From Octopus sinensis (lineage: Eukaryota): DNA of 64,000 nt. The notes beneath the pieces are model-generated. The model was not told the origin of the DNA. It did not search any database and worked only from the letters and a program-made list of their open reading frames with translations. The stretch is from NCBI RefSeq assembly GCF_006345805.1, contig NC_043004.1, positions 75,516,001 through 75,580,000 on the forward strand. The letters run 5' to 3'. The first letter of the stretch is position 1. Each line of letters opens with the position of its first letter. The position numbers and the translations under genes are program-made. Shown here piece after piece: positions 36,501 to 51,076 of the stretch.

Positions 36501-39500
36501 TGCTGGCCTTGTGCCAAAATGTGAAACTATTTTTACCATTAATGTAGTGAGCTAGCAGAATCATTAGCATGCCAGGCAAAATGTCACAAAGCATTTTGCT
36601 TGTCTTTACATTCTAAGTTCAAATCCTGCCCAGGTCATCTTTGTCTTTCATCCTTTCAGGATCAATAAAATAAGTACCAGTCATACTCTGGGGTTGATGT
36701 AATTGACTAGCACCTTCCCCTGGAATTGCTGACCTTGTGCCAAGATTTGAAATGAATATTATTATCATTAAAGGCAGCGAGCTAACAGAATTGTTAGAAT
36801 GCTGAGCAAAATGCGATTAAGCCCGAATTTGAAACCAATACAAGTCATCATCAACTTAGGACCACAATTGGTTCCGACTGTCTGGTCGTAAGTCGATTTG
36901 GTCGTAAGTTGGCCTATAGGCCTACATAGCTTTGTTTTATATTTTTACACTCTTAAGAAATACATTCTCAGGTAAATGTCACATGCAGCATTCTGTATGA
37001 TACTATTATACTGGTGTTAGTCAAAATTTCTCGTAAAGTCCATCAGTCATAAGTTGGATAAGTCATAAGTCAACGACGACCTGTATTTTAAAGTTTTTAC
37101 ATTTCTTTTTTATTTATAATCAGTGTACATTTTCATGATTGTAAGATTGCGATTTCAATTCCTGGGCTGGGTAACATGTTGTGTTCTTGAGCAAAACACT
37201 TCATTTTACATTGGTTCAGTCCACTCCACTGGCAAGAATGAGTAATCCTGGAATGGAATGGTGTCCCATTCAGGTGGGGGGAACATACATGCCATGGAAA
37301 CCAGGGAAGTGGGTCTATATGATTCCATATGATTCAGAGAGGGCCATCCCTTTTTTCCTTACTGTACATTTATTTAAACCATTTGATTTAAGAACCTCTT
37401 TGTCCCCCTTGTTCTAATAATATTTCTTTTAGGTGAGGGGTTAAACACAGGGGAAAAAGAAAAACCTATAAGCATCAAATATTCCCTAAAAACAATCCGG
37501 ATGAGATGCATATCTTCTCTCGATTGTCCGTATCTGTTGGTTGTTTATTCATCATCATCATCAGCAACTACTATGCATTACTGTCTTGAATCCATTTGTC
37601 CAGTTTTCATCATTTCTTTTGAACAGGACACCAGTCAGTCACAAGGTAACTCATTTACAGCCGAGTGGACTGAGGCAGTGTGAAATTATGCATTTTGCTC
37701 AAGAACGCAACTTACCGCCTGGTGTGGGATTGAAACTATGCTTGCAAAATCACCACTAGACCACACACCCTTTACTGTTCGTTATTTAATTCCTGAAGGC
37801 CGGTACAGCTCTCTGGCTTGCCAGCTCTGGTCAAGCCACCCAACACATGCTGGCATAGGAAATGGGCATTAGACAATGATGATGGTGATGATGGTCGTGG
37901 TGGCAGGGATGATGGTATTGATGGTGGTGGTGGTGGTGGTGGTGGTGGTGGTGGCAGTGGTGGTGGTGAGATGTTCCATTACATACACATACTGCCATCT
38001 CATTACACACGTGCTAGCATGGTTGGCACCAGAGTGGATTTGTTTAACAGTTCTGTATTCAGTCGGAGGACATTGTAGACAAACTGAAAGGGCAGCATGG
38101 TTTTGTGTAGGTCCCACTTGCAGATATCCCGTTAGGTCACTACCTGTTCCTTCACTGGTTCCCACTTCATCCAGGGACTTTACTTGCTCTTCCTTCACAG
38201 AAGCTCTCACCCCGACCCCTGCAATGTTACTAGGAGTGTCCAACAGAAATATCACACCAAACAGACCTGGAGGATGGAGAAAGAAGTACAAGGGGAAACT
38301 GCAAGGAAGATGACTTTTCCCAGAGATCTAAAAATTCTTCATCATTTTCTTGATCAACAGCAATTTCTGTGAAATTCACTGGAACCAAAAGAGGAAATCT
38401 GATCGTATTCATTATATCTCTTGGTATCCTGTGAAGATGACATCAAGATATTTTTGGTGGAGTCATATCTGGAAAACTTGCCATGGAGATTAGTTGAACT
38501 CACTGCTGTAAGGAAGAAAGCTTTTTAAAGTATGAAATCTGCTACAAAGGTTGCTGCATAATATTTCAGTGATTGCCACTTTAATAATTGATTAATGAGT
38601 AATGAATAACTGAATTGCAGTTTCGTTTCAACAACAGATTTTAATTAAAAGTTCAGAAGTTAATATATTGGACACAATGGTTCGATAGAGAACAGCAGGG
38701 CAGTTTGGTCCATAAAGTGTACGGTTAGGTGAACTGTGTCAATGAAATATCATTGCTCATAATTTACTAAAGGCAAGAAAATTGTTATAAAATATGATTG
38801 TGTGACATAATGCAAATGTTGGTGTCTGTGTATTTTATGTTAACTTTGGAAGAGAGAGCAAGTGAAAAGAAGTGGTTGTGTATACCCTGGGCTGGGAGGC
38901 AGCCACCAGTGTCCCCTCTCTGACTGATGCTTTAACTGCAGCTCCCTTAAATACTGTAGTATGGGCTCAGAAGAAAAGTGACTGAGTGGTTACTGACTGG
39001 TTAGTTATGATCAACGTGAGAAAGAACCAAAGTAATTTTCTGCAAAAGGAATTTACATTTTGGCACAAATTTATACATAAAATATTGCACACGTTTTGAC
39101 CAATCAAAACGATCAGCCCGGTCAGGTGGTGGTGGTGGTGAGGAGGAGGAGGGGCAGTGGAAGGGGAGGTGGCAGAGGAAGGGGAGGCAGAGGAGGGGAG
39201 GAGGCAGAGGAAAGGAGGAGTCAGAGGTGGAGGAATAGGCAGAGGAGGAGGCAGAATTGGAGGTAGAGGCGGAGGAGGAAGCAGAGGCAGAGGTGGAGGA
39301 TGAGGCAGAGGAGGAGGCAGAGGTGGAGGCAGAGGCGGCGGCGGCGGAGTTTACTGATTGCTGAGCTAGACTAAAATGCAGGGAAATAAATTAACACACA
39401 ATAACAAAGAACAGAAAAAAAGCCTCTGACGTCTGACCCTCTGCCAGTTATTGACAGAACAGTTAATTATTGGAAGGTCAATTATTTTGGATTGTTTCAC

Positions 39501-42500
39501 ATCTTCCATAATGGAATGCAGAATTCTCCATGAGAAATCTAAATCCACTCTGTTGCTAACGACAACAATTGTTCCAGTTGATCCAATCGATGGAACAGCC
39601 TGCTCATGAAATTAACATTCAAGCGGCTGAGTACTCCACAGACATGCATACACTTAACATAGTTCTCAGGGAGATTCAGTGTGACAAGACTGGCCCTTTG
39701 GATTACAGGGACAAATCATTTTTGCCAGTTGAGTGGACTGGAGTAACGTGAAATAAAGTGTCTCGATCAAGGACACAGTATGCTGTCAGGAATTGAACTC
39801 GTGACCTTGTGGTTGTGAGCTGAATACCCTAAGCACTAAGGCTTGCACCATCACATGAGAAGGTATAACTGTAGACATACACTGTAGTATATAAATCTAT
39901 GTGTTTAGTTATCCTGTAGTGTTGGATGATTAGAATTTATTGGCAACGATCATTAGGACACCAGGCAAAATGCCTTGTCGTATTTTGCCTGTCCCTATGT
40001 TGTCAGTTCAAATTCCACCAAGGCTGACTTTGCCTTTCATCCTTTCAGGGTCAATAAAATAAATGCCTGTTGAGTATTGAGGGCCGTTATAATTGAATTA
40101 AATATTATTGGGTAAGAGTATAAAAACTGCATCCCTCTGCCAAGCCGTATCAAGCCAATGTGACAAAGCAGGCTCATCTAACTAATATCATCTCAGACTC
40201 AGCTTCACAGCCTCCACGTCAGACTGTGGATGGTGGAGAGAACATGCTGAGGCCTTTGTCCTGCAGTGCTCTGAACGTAGGCAGTTCAATCCTATCCAAT
40301 CCAAATTAAGAAACAGAAAATAGGCTTTGGATTACCTTAGATTATAAAGGTTCATTCTTCATTTTTATCTTCTTTCTATTTTCTTTATCTCGTTTTTTCT
40401 CTTCTATCAAAACTTTAGAAAACAAATATCGTGACTGTACTGAATCTGAATTTCGCTGTGACAACCAAAGATGCATCCTAAAGAAGTGGCGATGTAACTT
40501 TTATGACGAATGTCGTGATGGATCTGATGAAAATAACTGTGGTAAGTTTTGGCTTTTATCTTTTTAGTTTTTTTTTTATTAATCTGGAGGAAGGTCAATG
40601 GCCATGGATTTCCGAGGCTCTCTAAAACGGATGAGGTCAATACAGTTGTTCCACTTGAACAATTGCAGATGGTGGATGAGAAAAATGAAATCTGGAAAGT
40701 AAGTGTTCCAGTGAGAAAGGACCGCTTGAAATAACTAGTGTCAAGCATAGGCTGACCAAAGTAGGAGGAGTGATGAGCAAGGAAGGAGTGTCTTAATAGA
40801 GATACTATGCAATCAACCAGATCTGAGGAACAGAGGCCACTGTAGTATTGATAGAAAATTTATCACTCTTTGGGCATACCTAGTGGTATGCCCCTTCGTA
40901 GCACTGCTAGGCCAAGTATTTCTGGAAGTTATTCATAATAGTCCCTGACTCAAAAGTCCCCCTGAACAGACCAGCCAGTTTATTCTCTCCAGTTGCTAGG
41001 ACTTCCCTGATAATGTCACACACTTACCCTCTTATTATCCTCTATATGTTACAAAAGCAGACGTTCCAACAGCATTGTTTATCTGAGCAGTGAGTGCCAG
41101 ATGATAGGTGCCCAATCTTGGAATTTTCTTGATGCTGTACTGCAGCTCCCAACTGTAAAATGTGCCTCATAAAAGGAAGACCACACCCACTAATCAACCA
41201 GGAAATTACACAAATGGTGCAGCCTCAGCATGTGTCTGCACATTAACAGCCACATATGTTGAGCCTGCCTTCCAAAGCAGGAGAGCCCAGGTTGCTGTTT
41301 CGCTTTTGCTCAGTGCACAACCCAGCTTGAATTTGATATTTCTTCTAGTGAGTTTCCTACTTAAAAAATAGTTTTGGTTTACAAATATTTTGGCATAATA
41401 AACAGCCTTCAGGAATAAGTGAAATTCATAAACCAAGGTTCCACTGTCTATGAAGAATTCTTGATTCTCTAATAGTAATGAAGGGCAGGAATAGTTAAAT
41501 GCACATTAAAATGCCTTTCAGACTTTACATTATGAAAATGCTCATTTCTTTTATATAAGTGCTTTCCAAAATAATCTTGTTGCAGGAATTCCAGATGAAT
41601 TTCTTTAGGATTCTAAGCAGCATCCATCGAAGTAAATTTAATGAAACAAAAGTTGCTTTAGAGAAAGTATTTATTCACATGATAAACAAAGCAAATAGTA
41701 AAATATTGTTTGGAAAATAATGAATACAATTTTTTTAATTTTTATGAAATTTTATTAAGAAGAACCTTATTTTCTGGCAGCTTAGAATTTGGTCATGGAA
41801 AGCCAAGAGTTTTGCGTGAAACTCTGGGACATTTTTGGAACCTAATTTAGGAAGAACTGCTTTATATTATGGAAATGTTTGAGAAGGTGTCTGGCTTAAT
41901 GGCTGACAGTCGTAAGGATATGAGTTCGATTCCTGGAAGCACATTGCGTCCTTGAGCAAGATCCTTTATTTCTAGTTGCTGCTCCAGTTCACTCAGCTGG
42001 CAAAAATGAGTTCCACCTGTAATTCAAAAGGGACAGCCTTATCACATACATTGCATCATGCTGAATCTCCCTGAAAACTATGTGAAGGGCATATGTCTCT
42101 GTGGAATACTCAGCCACTTGCATGATAATTTCACAAGCAGACTATTCTCTTGATCAAATCAACTTGAATGCTAGTCATCATAACCTATGGAGAGTCAGGC
42201 CTTCCAAGGCTAGTAAAATGGTACAGCTTATTCCAATAAACATTTAACCTTTCTCGACATTTACAAGACATCATTATTACTGTTGGTTGCTGGTTGAGGT
42301 GTTAGTACGCTGGGGGCAAACTGCTGAGCATCCTTTTGTCCATCCATGCACTCTGAGTTCCTGTTCCACTAAGGATAAGTTTATCTTTCATCCTTTGGGG
42401 GTCAGTAAAATAAGTACCAGTCATGCACTGGGATTGATGTAATTGACTTACCCCTACCCCCAAAATTGCTGGCCTTGTGCCAAAATTTGAAACCATTATT

Positions 42501-43522
42501 ATTGTTCATTATGTTTTTATTTATTATTTGTGTTATTGTTATTTTTCTAGCTTCTATGAAGTGTTCTGAAGATGAGTTCAAGTGTGATACAGGTCACTGT
42601 ATTAAAAAATATCTGACCTGTGATAGTCGGAGACATTGCAGATATGCTTCAGATGAAAGAAACTGCACACCCAAATATGGCGACAGATACTGTCCAATTG
42701 ACAGATTCCAGTGTAACAACACTGTGAGACATTTCCTTTTTCTTTTATTTTAAACCAGCCAAATCACCAAAGCCAAGTCATCTGAATATTATTGCCATTT
42801 TACCTCTCATTGTCGATATGTTGGTTTTGTTGATGTCATAAGAAATCCATACTCTGTTCTCTACTCATCACCACACACACATTCTACACATACAGGCACC
42901 ATTATACTGACATGCAACATATGTAGCTACAGACATTGCTATAATGTTGGTACTATTATTGTGGTTGCCTATTCGTTTCTCATAAGTGGATAGAGTTGGT
43001 TCTATTTGTTTGATGTTAGTGATGGTGAGAGTAATGTTTGTGGTGGAAGTAGTCGTAATTTTCTTGTTAATTTTCTTGTTATTGCAGTTTAGTCACAAGT
43101 CAATCTGCAATGAGATCAAAAACATTTCATACAAGAAAATACAATACATTTTCTCGTATGATTTTTTTCCCTTTTATAGATTGAGAAGCTTATTTTGTTC
43201 ATATTATTGCTACTGCTGTTGTTGATAATTTAGGGGGGTATGTGGGTTGGTAGTGGTGCTTGTTTTTGGTTTTGTTATTGGTATTCATGGTACTGATGGT
43301 GAAGTCTCATATATATATATATACATACATACTTTATTTAAAAGCAGCAGAAATATAACAAAGGAGGTTACTCAGAGTTTCACGTTCCTGTTCGTCGGGC
43401 AGTTTTGTTAACAAAACACCTTATGTTATATTTCTGCTGCTTTTAAATAAAGCATATTACTCTACTTCTGGTATTTGAGTACTCTTTTTTTCCACCTTGT
43501 TTCACATTTATGTGCTTACTCT

Positions 43523-43573
<51 letters not shown>

Positions 43574-44385
43574 GAAGAGAGTATGAAAAGTCTTGAGCCT
43601 CAAAAGAAAAAAAAACAGAACATGGTACAAGACTTCTGATGATTTATTTTTCAACATAGTCCCTTTCGATGGATGAACACTTTCTCCAGCGGTGCTGAAG
43701 CACCGTTATCCCAGCATAGAAGAACTCTTTTGTTTGAGACTCCAGAAAACTTCCTACAGTGTCTTTGTCACTGGCAAAATGGCAACCAGCCAGGGCTTTT
43801 TTCATTTTGGGGAATAGATAAAAGTCTGAGGTGGGGCTAAGTCTGGTGAATAAGGCAGATGGAGAACAAGCATGTAACCACAATCTTGAATTGTTGCCAT
43901 GGCAACTACTGAGGTGTGGGCTGAAGCATTGTCGTGATGAAAAAAAGGACTCCTCTGGTGAGCATTCTCTGCCTTTTTTCTTTTATTGTTTCTTGGAGGC
44001 ATTTCAGTAGCTGAGAATAATACAGCCCTGTCATGGTGTGACCTGTTTCAAGGTAATTGATCAACAAGACACCTTGAGAATCCAAAATAACAGACGCCTT
44101 GACCTTGCCAGTGGCAGGAATGACCCTGGCCTTCTTTGGGGTAGGAGAATATGTGTACTTCCACTGCTTTGATTGTTCTTTGGTTTCAGGCTGGTATACT
44201 AATAACACAAATATATACTAGTAATACATAATGTATTACTAGTATATATTTGTGTAGCACACAGTCTTCGCACATGGGTATGTATTCTTATAATACTCCG
44301 TTTTGTGTTGGAATAAATAGACATAATAGAATGTCTACCGGCTGATGTATGTCATTTTTGTATCCCCTACATTTTTTCTTTGCTT

Positions 44386-44423
<38 letters not shown>

Positions 44424-45019
44424 ATTAGATGTTGTTTTAACCTCATGAAGGGATGGTTTCACCCAAAGAAATACTGGTTCAATACCTAGTATTTGGGGGG
44501 AATAAATTTCCTTAAAATAATAGGTGTATATATAAAAACATATAGCTTATATTCATATAAAAGAAGAAAAAGAAAATGGAGTTTCGGAAGTTAATAATTG
44601 TTTATTATTAGCAGTAAATTAATCATCATTCCTTACAGCTGATTCAATTAATACTCAGTAAATTTAAGTAAATATTAAATTCATATAATCTGAGAATAAT
44701 ATCTTCAGAGGTGAAAAATATACCCTTGGATGTTTTATATGTGTTTATGGATTCCCAATATGGTGATGATAGTGAAGGTGGTGGTGGTAGTGATGATGAA
44801 TACTTGTAAGCACCATCTTGAATGCTATAATGAATCCATGAACACATATAAAACATCCAAGGGTATATTTTTTCTCTCTGAAGATATTATTTTCATGTCA
44901 TATAAACTTAATGTTTACTTAAAATTTCTGAGTATTAATTGAAACGGCTGTAAGGGATGATGATTAATTTGGTGTTAATAATAAACAAATCTCCATTTTC
45001 TCTTTTTTCTTTTATACAT

Positions 45020-45079
<60 letters not shown>

Positions 45080-47566
45080 ATAGATAGATAGATAGATAGA
45101 TATATAGACATGTATGTATTTATGTCTGTGTTATATACTTTCATTTCCTCAATAAGGTCTGCATTCCTAAACAATGGATGTGTGACAGTGACGATGACTG
45201 CGGTGATAAATCAGATGAAACACGTGAGGTATGCCTTCAAATTGAGTGTTCAAAAAAAGAGAGAAAATTCCGCTGCAACAATTTATTATGCATTCCAATA
45301 TGGCGAGTCTGCAATGGAAGAGATAATTGTGGAGATGGTTCAGATGAAAATACTCATCACCTTTGTAAGTTTGGTTTTGTTATTCACCTGTTGCCCCTCA
45401 CCCTCAGAATTTCTCTAAAATCAATGAGGCTTTCAATGTGTTGATCATCAGCTCTTGCCCAGTTATAGAAAGCAATTTGTGGCAATGTCTAGTTGTGCTT
45501 GTTTAGCAAATAACTTCAATGTGGGACCAGGACAGTTATGCCATGGGAGAATAATTTTGGCCATTCAAGAACACACTTTTACATTGGCATTTTGTTTATT
45601 TCCCGACAGCGTTGTTGTTCTTGTTGATGATGGTCATGGTGGTGGTGGTGGTGATGAGTACCATCTTGAATTCTAGGGCTTATAGGACCAGTTGCCCAAT
45701 TCCCATGGCGTGTGGGTGACCAAGGCCATAGCAGTCCCATCCACCGCAATGGGGTGCCGGTCTGTCGTTGCAAGGTTACACATTTTCAGCTGGGTGCACA
45801 GAAGCAACAAGAAATAAAGTGCTTTGCTCAAGAACCCAACACACCAACAGTTCTAGGAATCAAAGCCACAATCTTGCAGCCCAGAAGACAGCACACAAAC
45901 AACTTGGCCATATGCCTTCCCCTTCACCATTCCCACTTTTCTTCAAAGATGAACAATCAAGCCATTAGATTCCATTTGAATTTACTTCTCTCATATTCAA
46001 GCCGTGCCATCGTGGTTTGTGTATTCGGCCTATGATCTGTTGACTGGGTTAACTGGAGCCTTTGTTGCCATAACCAGTGGAGTGCCAGTTAGTTTGCATA
46101 TCCAAGCAGTTCTTTCCCTGCCGTTCTTTCTTTCACAGACCCAATCAGGATCCTCTCTACACTAATCTAGTGCTTCCTTCCTGTCAGCCTTCTTCTTGCA
46201 CTTTCTCTCCATACTGGCTCTTTACGGTATCACAATATCAACCAGACTATCAGGCGCTGTTAGACACCACTGGTCACAATGCGCTTCCAGTTCTGTCTTG
46301 ATGACATTGTTCTTTTTCACTTTGACCGAAATTGCTTTACTAAATTGTTTACGCATTGTCATGGAGGCCATCCAAGTAGTCTTTTCCGATCTTTTGGATA
46401 CCACTCGGACTCGCTCTTCAGATAATTTAAATAGAAATAATCTAAGGGAGCTAACTCAAAGTGACCAGTTCCATGTATTTGAACAACATAGACAAATAAA
46501 ACTGGCAATTCATTGGTTACAACGATTAGTATTCCGGTTGATCTGATCAATGGAACAGCCTGCTTGTAAAATATATGTAAGTGGCTGAGTACTCCACAGA
46601 CACGTGCACCTTTGTTGTAGTTCTCAGGGAGATTCAGTGTAACACAGAATGTGACACCTTTCAAATAAAGGTGCAACTCATTTTTACCAGCAGAGTGGAC
46701 TGGAGTAACATGAAATGAAGTGTCTTGCTCAAGGGCATAAGGCATTGCCAGGAATCGAACTTATGATCAGGATTTAAATATCCCAACCCTGAAGCCATGT
46801 GCCTTCACACTACATAAACACTACGGGTATGTCAAATGCCATGCAGGATAAATTCTTGGTTTCTTAAAATCATCGCTGCTCCTAGAAGATGTTTAATAGT
46901 TACCAAACAGCAATGAAGACCAGCTCCACTTAAAAGAGAGGGAGAAAATCACATGATAGTCCATGTCTGTCCTTTCATCTCTGGACAATAAGCTTGTCCT
47001 TTTCCTTAATGGTATGTCTAAGGCAGCGAGCTGGCAGAATCATTAGCATGCCTGGTGAAATGCTTAGCGGTATTTCATCTGCCAATTCGTTCTGAGTTCA
47101 AATTCCGCCAAGGTCGACTTTGCCTTTCATCCTTTTGGGGTCGATAAATTAAGTACCATTTATGCACTGGTGTCGATATAATTGACTTAATCCGTTTGTC
47201 TGTCCTTGTTTGTCCTCTCTGTGTTTAGCCCCTTGTGGGTAGTAAAGAAATAGAAACAGGTATCTCAATTGTGGACGTTTGAACTCTTGAAATTATTTCC
47301 CATGCTCCAGTATGGTCGGTTTCCATTACCATTTCCTAAGGCAGAGATAATTTTATTTATCTTTTACTTGTTTCAGTCATTAGACTGCGGCCATGCTGGG
47401 GCAATGCCTTAAAGAACTTTCAGTCGAATAAATTGACCCCAGTACATTTTTTAAAGCCTGCTACATATTCCAGCAGTCTGTTTTTGCCAAACTGCTAAGT
47501 TATGGGACATAAACACACCAACACCGGTTGTCAAGCAGTGGGAGGATAGGACAAACACAGACACAA

Positions 47567-47612
<46 letters not shown>

Positions 47613-48684
47613 ACACAAAATATGTATGATGGGCTGCTTTTAGTTTCCATCTACCAAATCCACTCACAAGGCTTTGGTTGGCCCAAGGCTATAGTAGAAG
47701 CACTTACCCAAGATGTCATGCACTGGGACTGAATCTGGGACCATGTGGTTGGGAAGCAAACCTTCTTCTGCCCAGACATGCTTATCCCTATATTGCATCA
47801 AGAACTTATGTTCTATGGTATTTGATACACCTGTACTTGCTCTGTAAATGTTGGATACCCTAGGCCCACCCACCCATTCTGTCACCCTTCCAATTCTATG
47901 CCCTTTCTCTTTCTCTCAATACTATCATTAATTCTTGTCCTCCCATCCTGTCAAACTTTCCCAGCTTCCCCTCTTACCATTCCCTCATTCCCCTGCCCCA
48001 TATCATTGTTCACACTCTCTCCTCTTCTCCTTTCATTATACAAACTACTTTAAGCCCTTGGCAGCCTTGTCCATTTATAAGACAGCATCATTGGTGCTGC
48101 TGTCACAGGGAAACAGGCACCCAGTTCACTCTGTGGAATGGTTGGCGGCAGGAAGGAAAGAATGCCAAAAAGAAGGCATTGGTACAGGCACATGACTCTG
48201 TCAAATTGTTTGCTTCCTTTGAGCAGGGAACATGTATGTTAGATGATGATGATGATGATGATAGTGGTGGTGGTGGTGGTGGTGGTGGTGGTGGTGGTGA
48301 GAAGGAGGAGGAGGTGGAGTATGTGTGGGCAACTGAATAACGCAGCATCTCCACTTCCAAACTTCACTGTGCTCCATGTTAAAAGCCATTTGTTAATTGA
48401 GCCACCAAGACTTCCAGTAAATAGCAAAACTGCAGTGATTTTTCATTAAACCATTATTAATCTGCTTTCCTTAGGCGAACCAAAGGAAGAAATATGTGAA
48501 CAAGATCAGTTCAAGTGTACAACTAAAGAGTGCATCGATTCATTCAAAGTGTGCAACGAAATAGCTGACTGTGCAGATAAATCTGACGAAATAGGATGCA
48601 GTAAGTATCATTTTATTTTTCACCAAGCAACCCTCAACAAGAATCAATAGTTTTTAAAAATTTAAAACTACTGTTGCCAATAGC

Positions 48685-48720
<36 letters not shown>

Positions 48721-49149
48721 TCTCCCTCTCTCTCTCTCTCTCTAACTGAGGTAGCTGTGTATCTCCCTCACAGCAAAACATCCCCCCTCTCTGTTCCTCT
48801 AGTCATATCCTAACCCCACATTTGGCACAAAGCCACGTCCCCACCCAGATGAGGTGTCTTATCTTGAAAATCACTTGATGACCTCACTGCTACTGGTAAC
48901 ACATGATCAGCACCCAGTACACTCTGTAGATTGGTTGGCATTAGAAAGAGCATCCAATTGTAGAAAGCAAGCCAAGAGCAGACAGCAGAACATGATGCAG
49001 TCCTCTAGCTTGCCAGCTGCCATCTAACTGTCAAACCCATCTCAGCACAGAAGGTATACATTAAATAATGATGACAACGATGACGATGATGATTGCAATC
49101 ATGACTATGATGACAATGATGGTGATGATGATCATATATATATTATATA

Positions 49150-49209
<60 letters not shown>

Positions 49210-51045
49210 ACAAAGTGAAGTTGTAAGGTACCACACGAGTGGAAATATATATGAAAAAAAGTTTGAAAATGCAATTTTAAAGATGTTTATTCACTTTACC
49301 AGTTTCAGTTTTTTAGAAAAAGATTGTCAAAAGTAAAATGTAAAGCTTTATATCAGCTTTTTTGTGTTAAGTACTGGTAGTCACAAAAGTATTAAAATAC
49401 ATATATACACTCTTTGGTAATAATAAGAAAATGCTAAAAGCAGTTTGCAAGAAAGTATTTAAGAAAATATTCAACAAAAAGTATTAGAAGTTCAATAAAA
49501 ATCATGTTTGTTTGGTATAGTATATATATATACACACATAAACAGATATATTTAAGAGTTTACAAAGAATATGAGATGAACCAACCTGTTTTCTAGCATT
49601 TTTTATTTTGTGTGTAGCTAAGGATTGTTTACTATATTAAGGGACAGTGTGGAGGATTGGTTGGGGTGGGTGGAAGGAAGAGCAGTGTGCAATTAAAAGA
49701 ATTTTTTGTTTCTGGGCTAGTCTGTCATGGTTCAGTGGTTTTGGGGACTGGTCTTAAAGGTCAGAATGGTGTGTGTGTGTGTGTGTGTACGTCTCCATGT
49801 GCGTGTGTATATACATGTGTTTGTGTTTGTGTGTGGGAGCCGTTTTTGATTGGTCCCAGAGTTTGTGGTGTGTGTAAATGTGTCTGTGTGTGTTTTATAT
49901 TTGGTAGGATGGTGTGTGTGTATATGTGTGTACGTTTGTATGTGTGTATGTGTGTGATTAATATTTGTTAGGGTGTTGTGTGTGCGCATGTGTGTGTATG
50001 TGTTTGATCGCGTGTGTGTATGTGTGCATCTGTCGGTGCATGTGTATGTTTGTGTATGTTTGTGTTGGTGGGGATGTTATGTGTGTGTAAGTGAGTGTGT
50101 GTGTTTGTCTCTGTCTGAGTATGTTTGTGCTGTTATAATTGTCCTGGTCTTGTATGTGTGTTTGTGTGTGTGATTAATATTTGTTAGGGTGTTGTGTGTG
50201 CACATGTGTGTGTCTATGTGATTTTATTACTGGGGTACGCCAACGTAACATGGCAGTCCTGGACACAGATCGTGTCGTAGAGCCAGCTGGAGACGATGTC
50301 TCCTGGGGCTAAATTACAGCAACATTAGTCCTAAACCAGGACTGCCATGTTATATTTAATATAGTAAAGATTATAGTAATCTTTACTATATTAAATAATA
50401 ATTATATAAAAACTCCAGGTGGGATCTTGGAAAGCTTATCTATAACTTGTATATTTCTTTATGTTCTACAGTTAAAAATGCTGGTGCCGTCAACTGCAGC
50501 ATTGATAATGGAGGGTGTCCCCACAATTGCACGGATCTCGAAGGAGGTGGTATGATATGTTCCTGTCGAAGCGGTTTCAAAATGAAAGATGGAAAGACAA
50601 AAGAATGCGTGGGTAGGTAGAATAATACACCTGTCTTTGGGGTTCCCTCACCTGTCTTTGTATTTTGCATTTTGTTCTTTGAACAGTTTTGAACCATTTG
50701 TAGAAAGAAATTGTCTGCTTTGCTAAATTCTTGTGGATGTTGTAGTTATACTGTCAATTAAGAGAGGGATCTTCTGTTGGAGTTGAAGGGCCAACAGAGA
50801 TACCACAAACGCATTTTATCCCGTCTTGATGGTGTTGATGATGATGACAACGATGAGGGAAATGATGATGATGACAATGACAACAACGACCACGATGAGG
50901 ATGAGGATGAGGTTGATAATGGTGATGGTGATGATGATGCGGAGGAGGAAGAGGAGGAGGAAGATGGTGGGGGGATGGTGATGGTGATGCTGATGCTGAT
51001 GATGATGCGGAGGAGGAAGATGGTGATGGTGATGGTGACAGATGA

Positions 51046-51076
<31 letters not shown>

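Noticed and set aside
40548-41300. Possible decayed retroelement coding sequence on the minus strand
   Set aside because: Only vague integrase-like resemblance with many stops; no motif I can name with confidence
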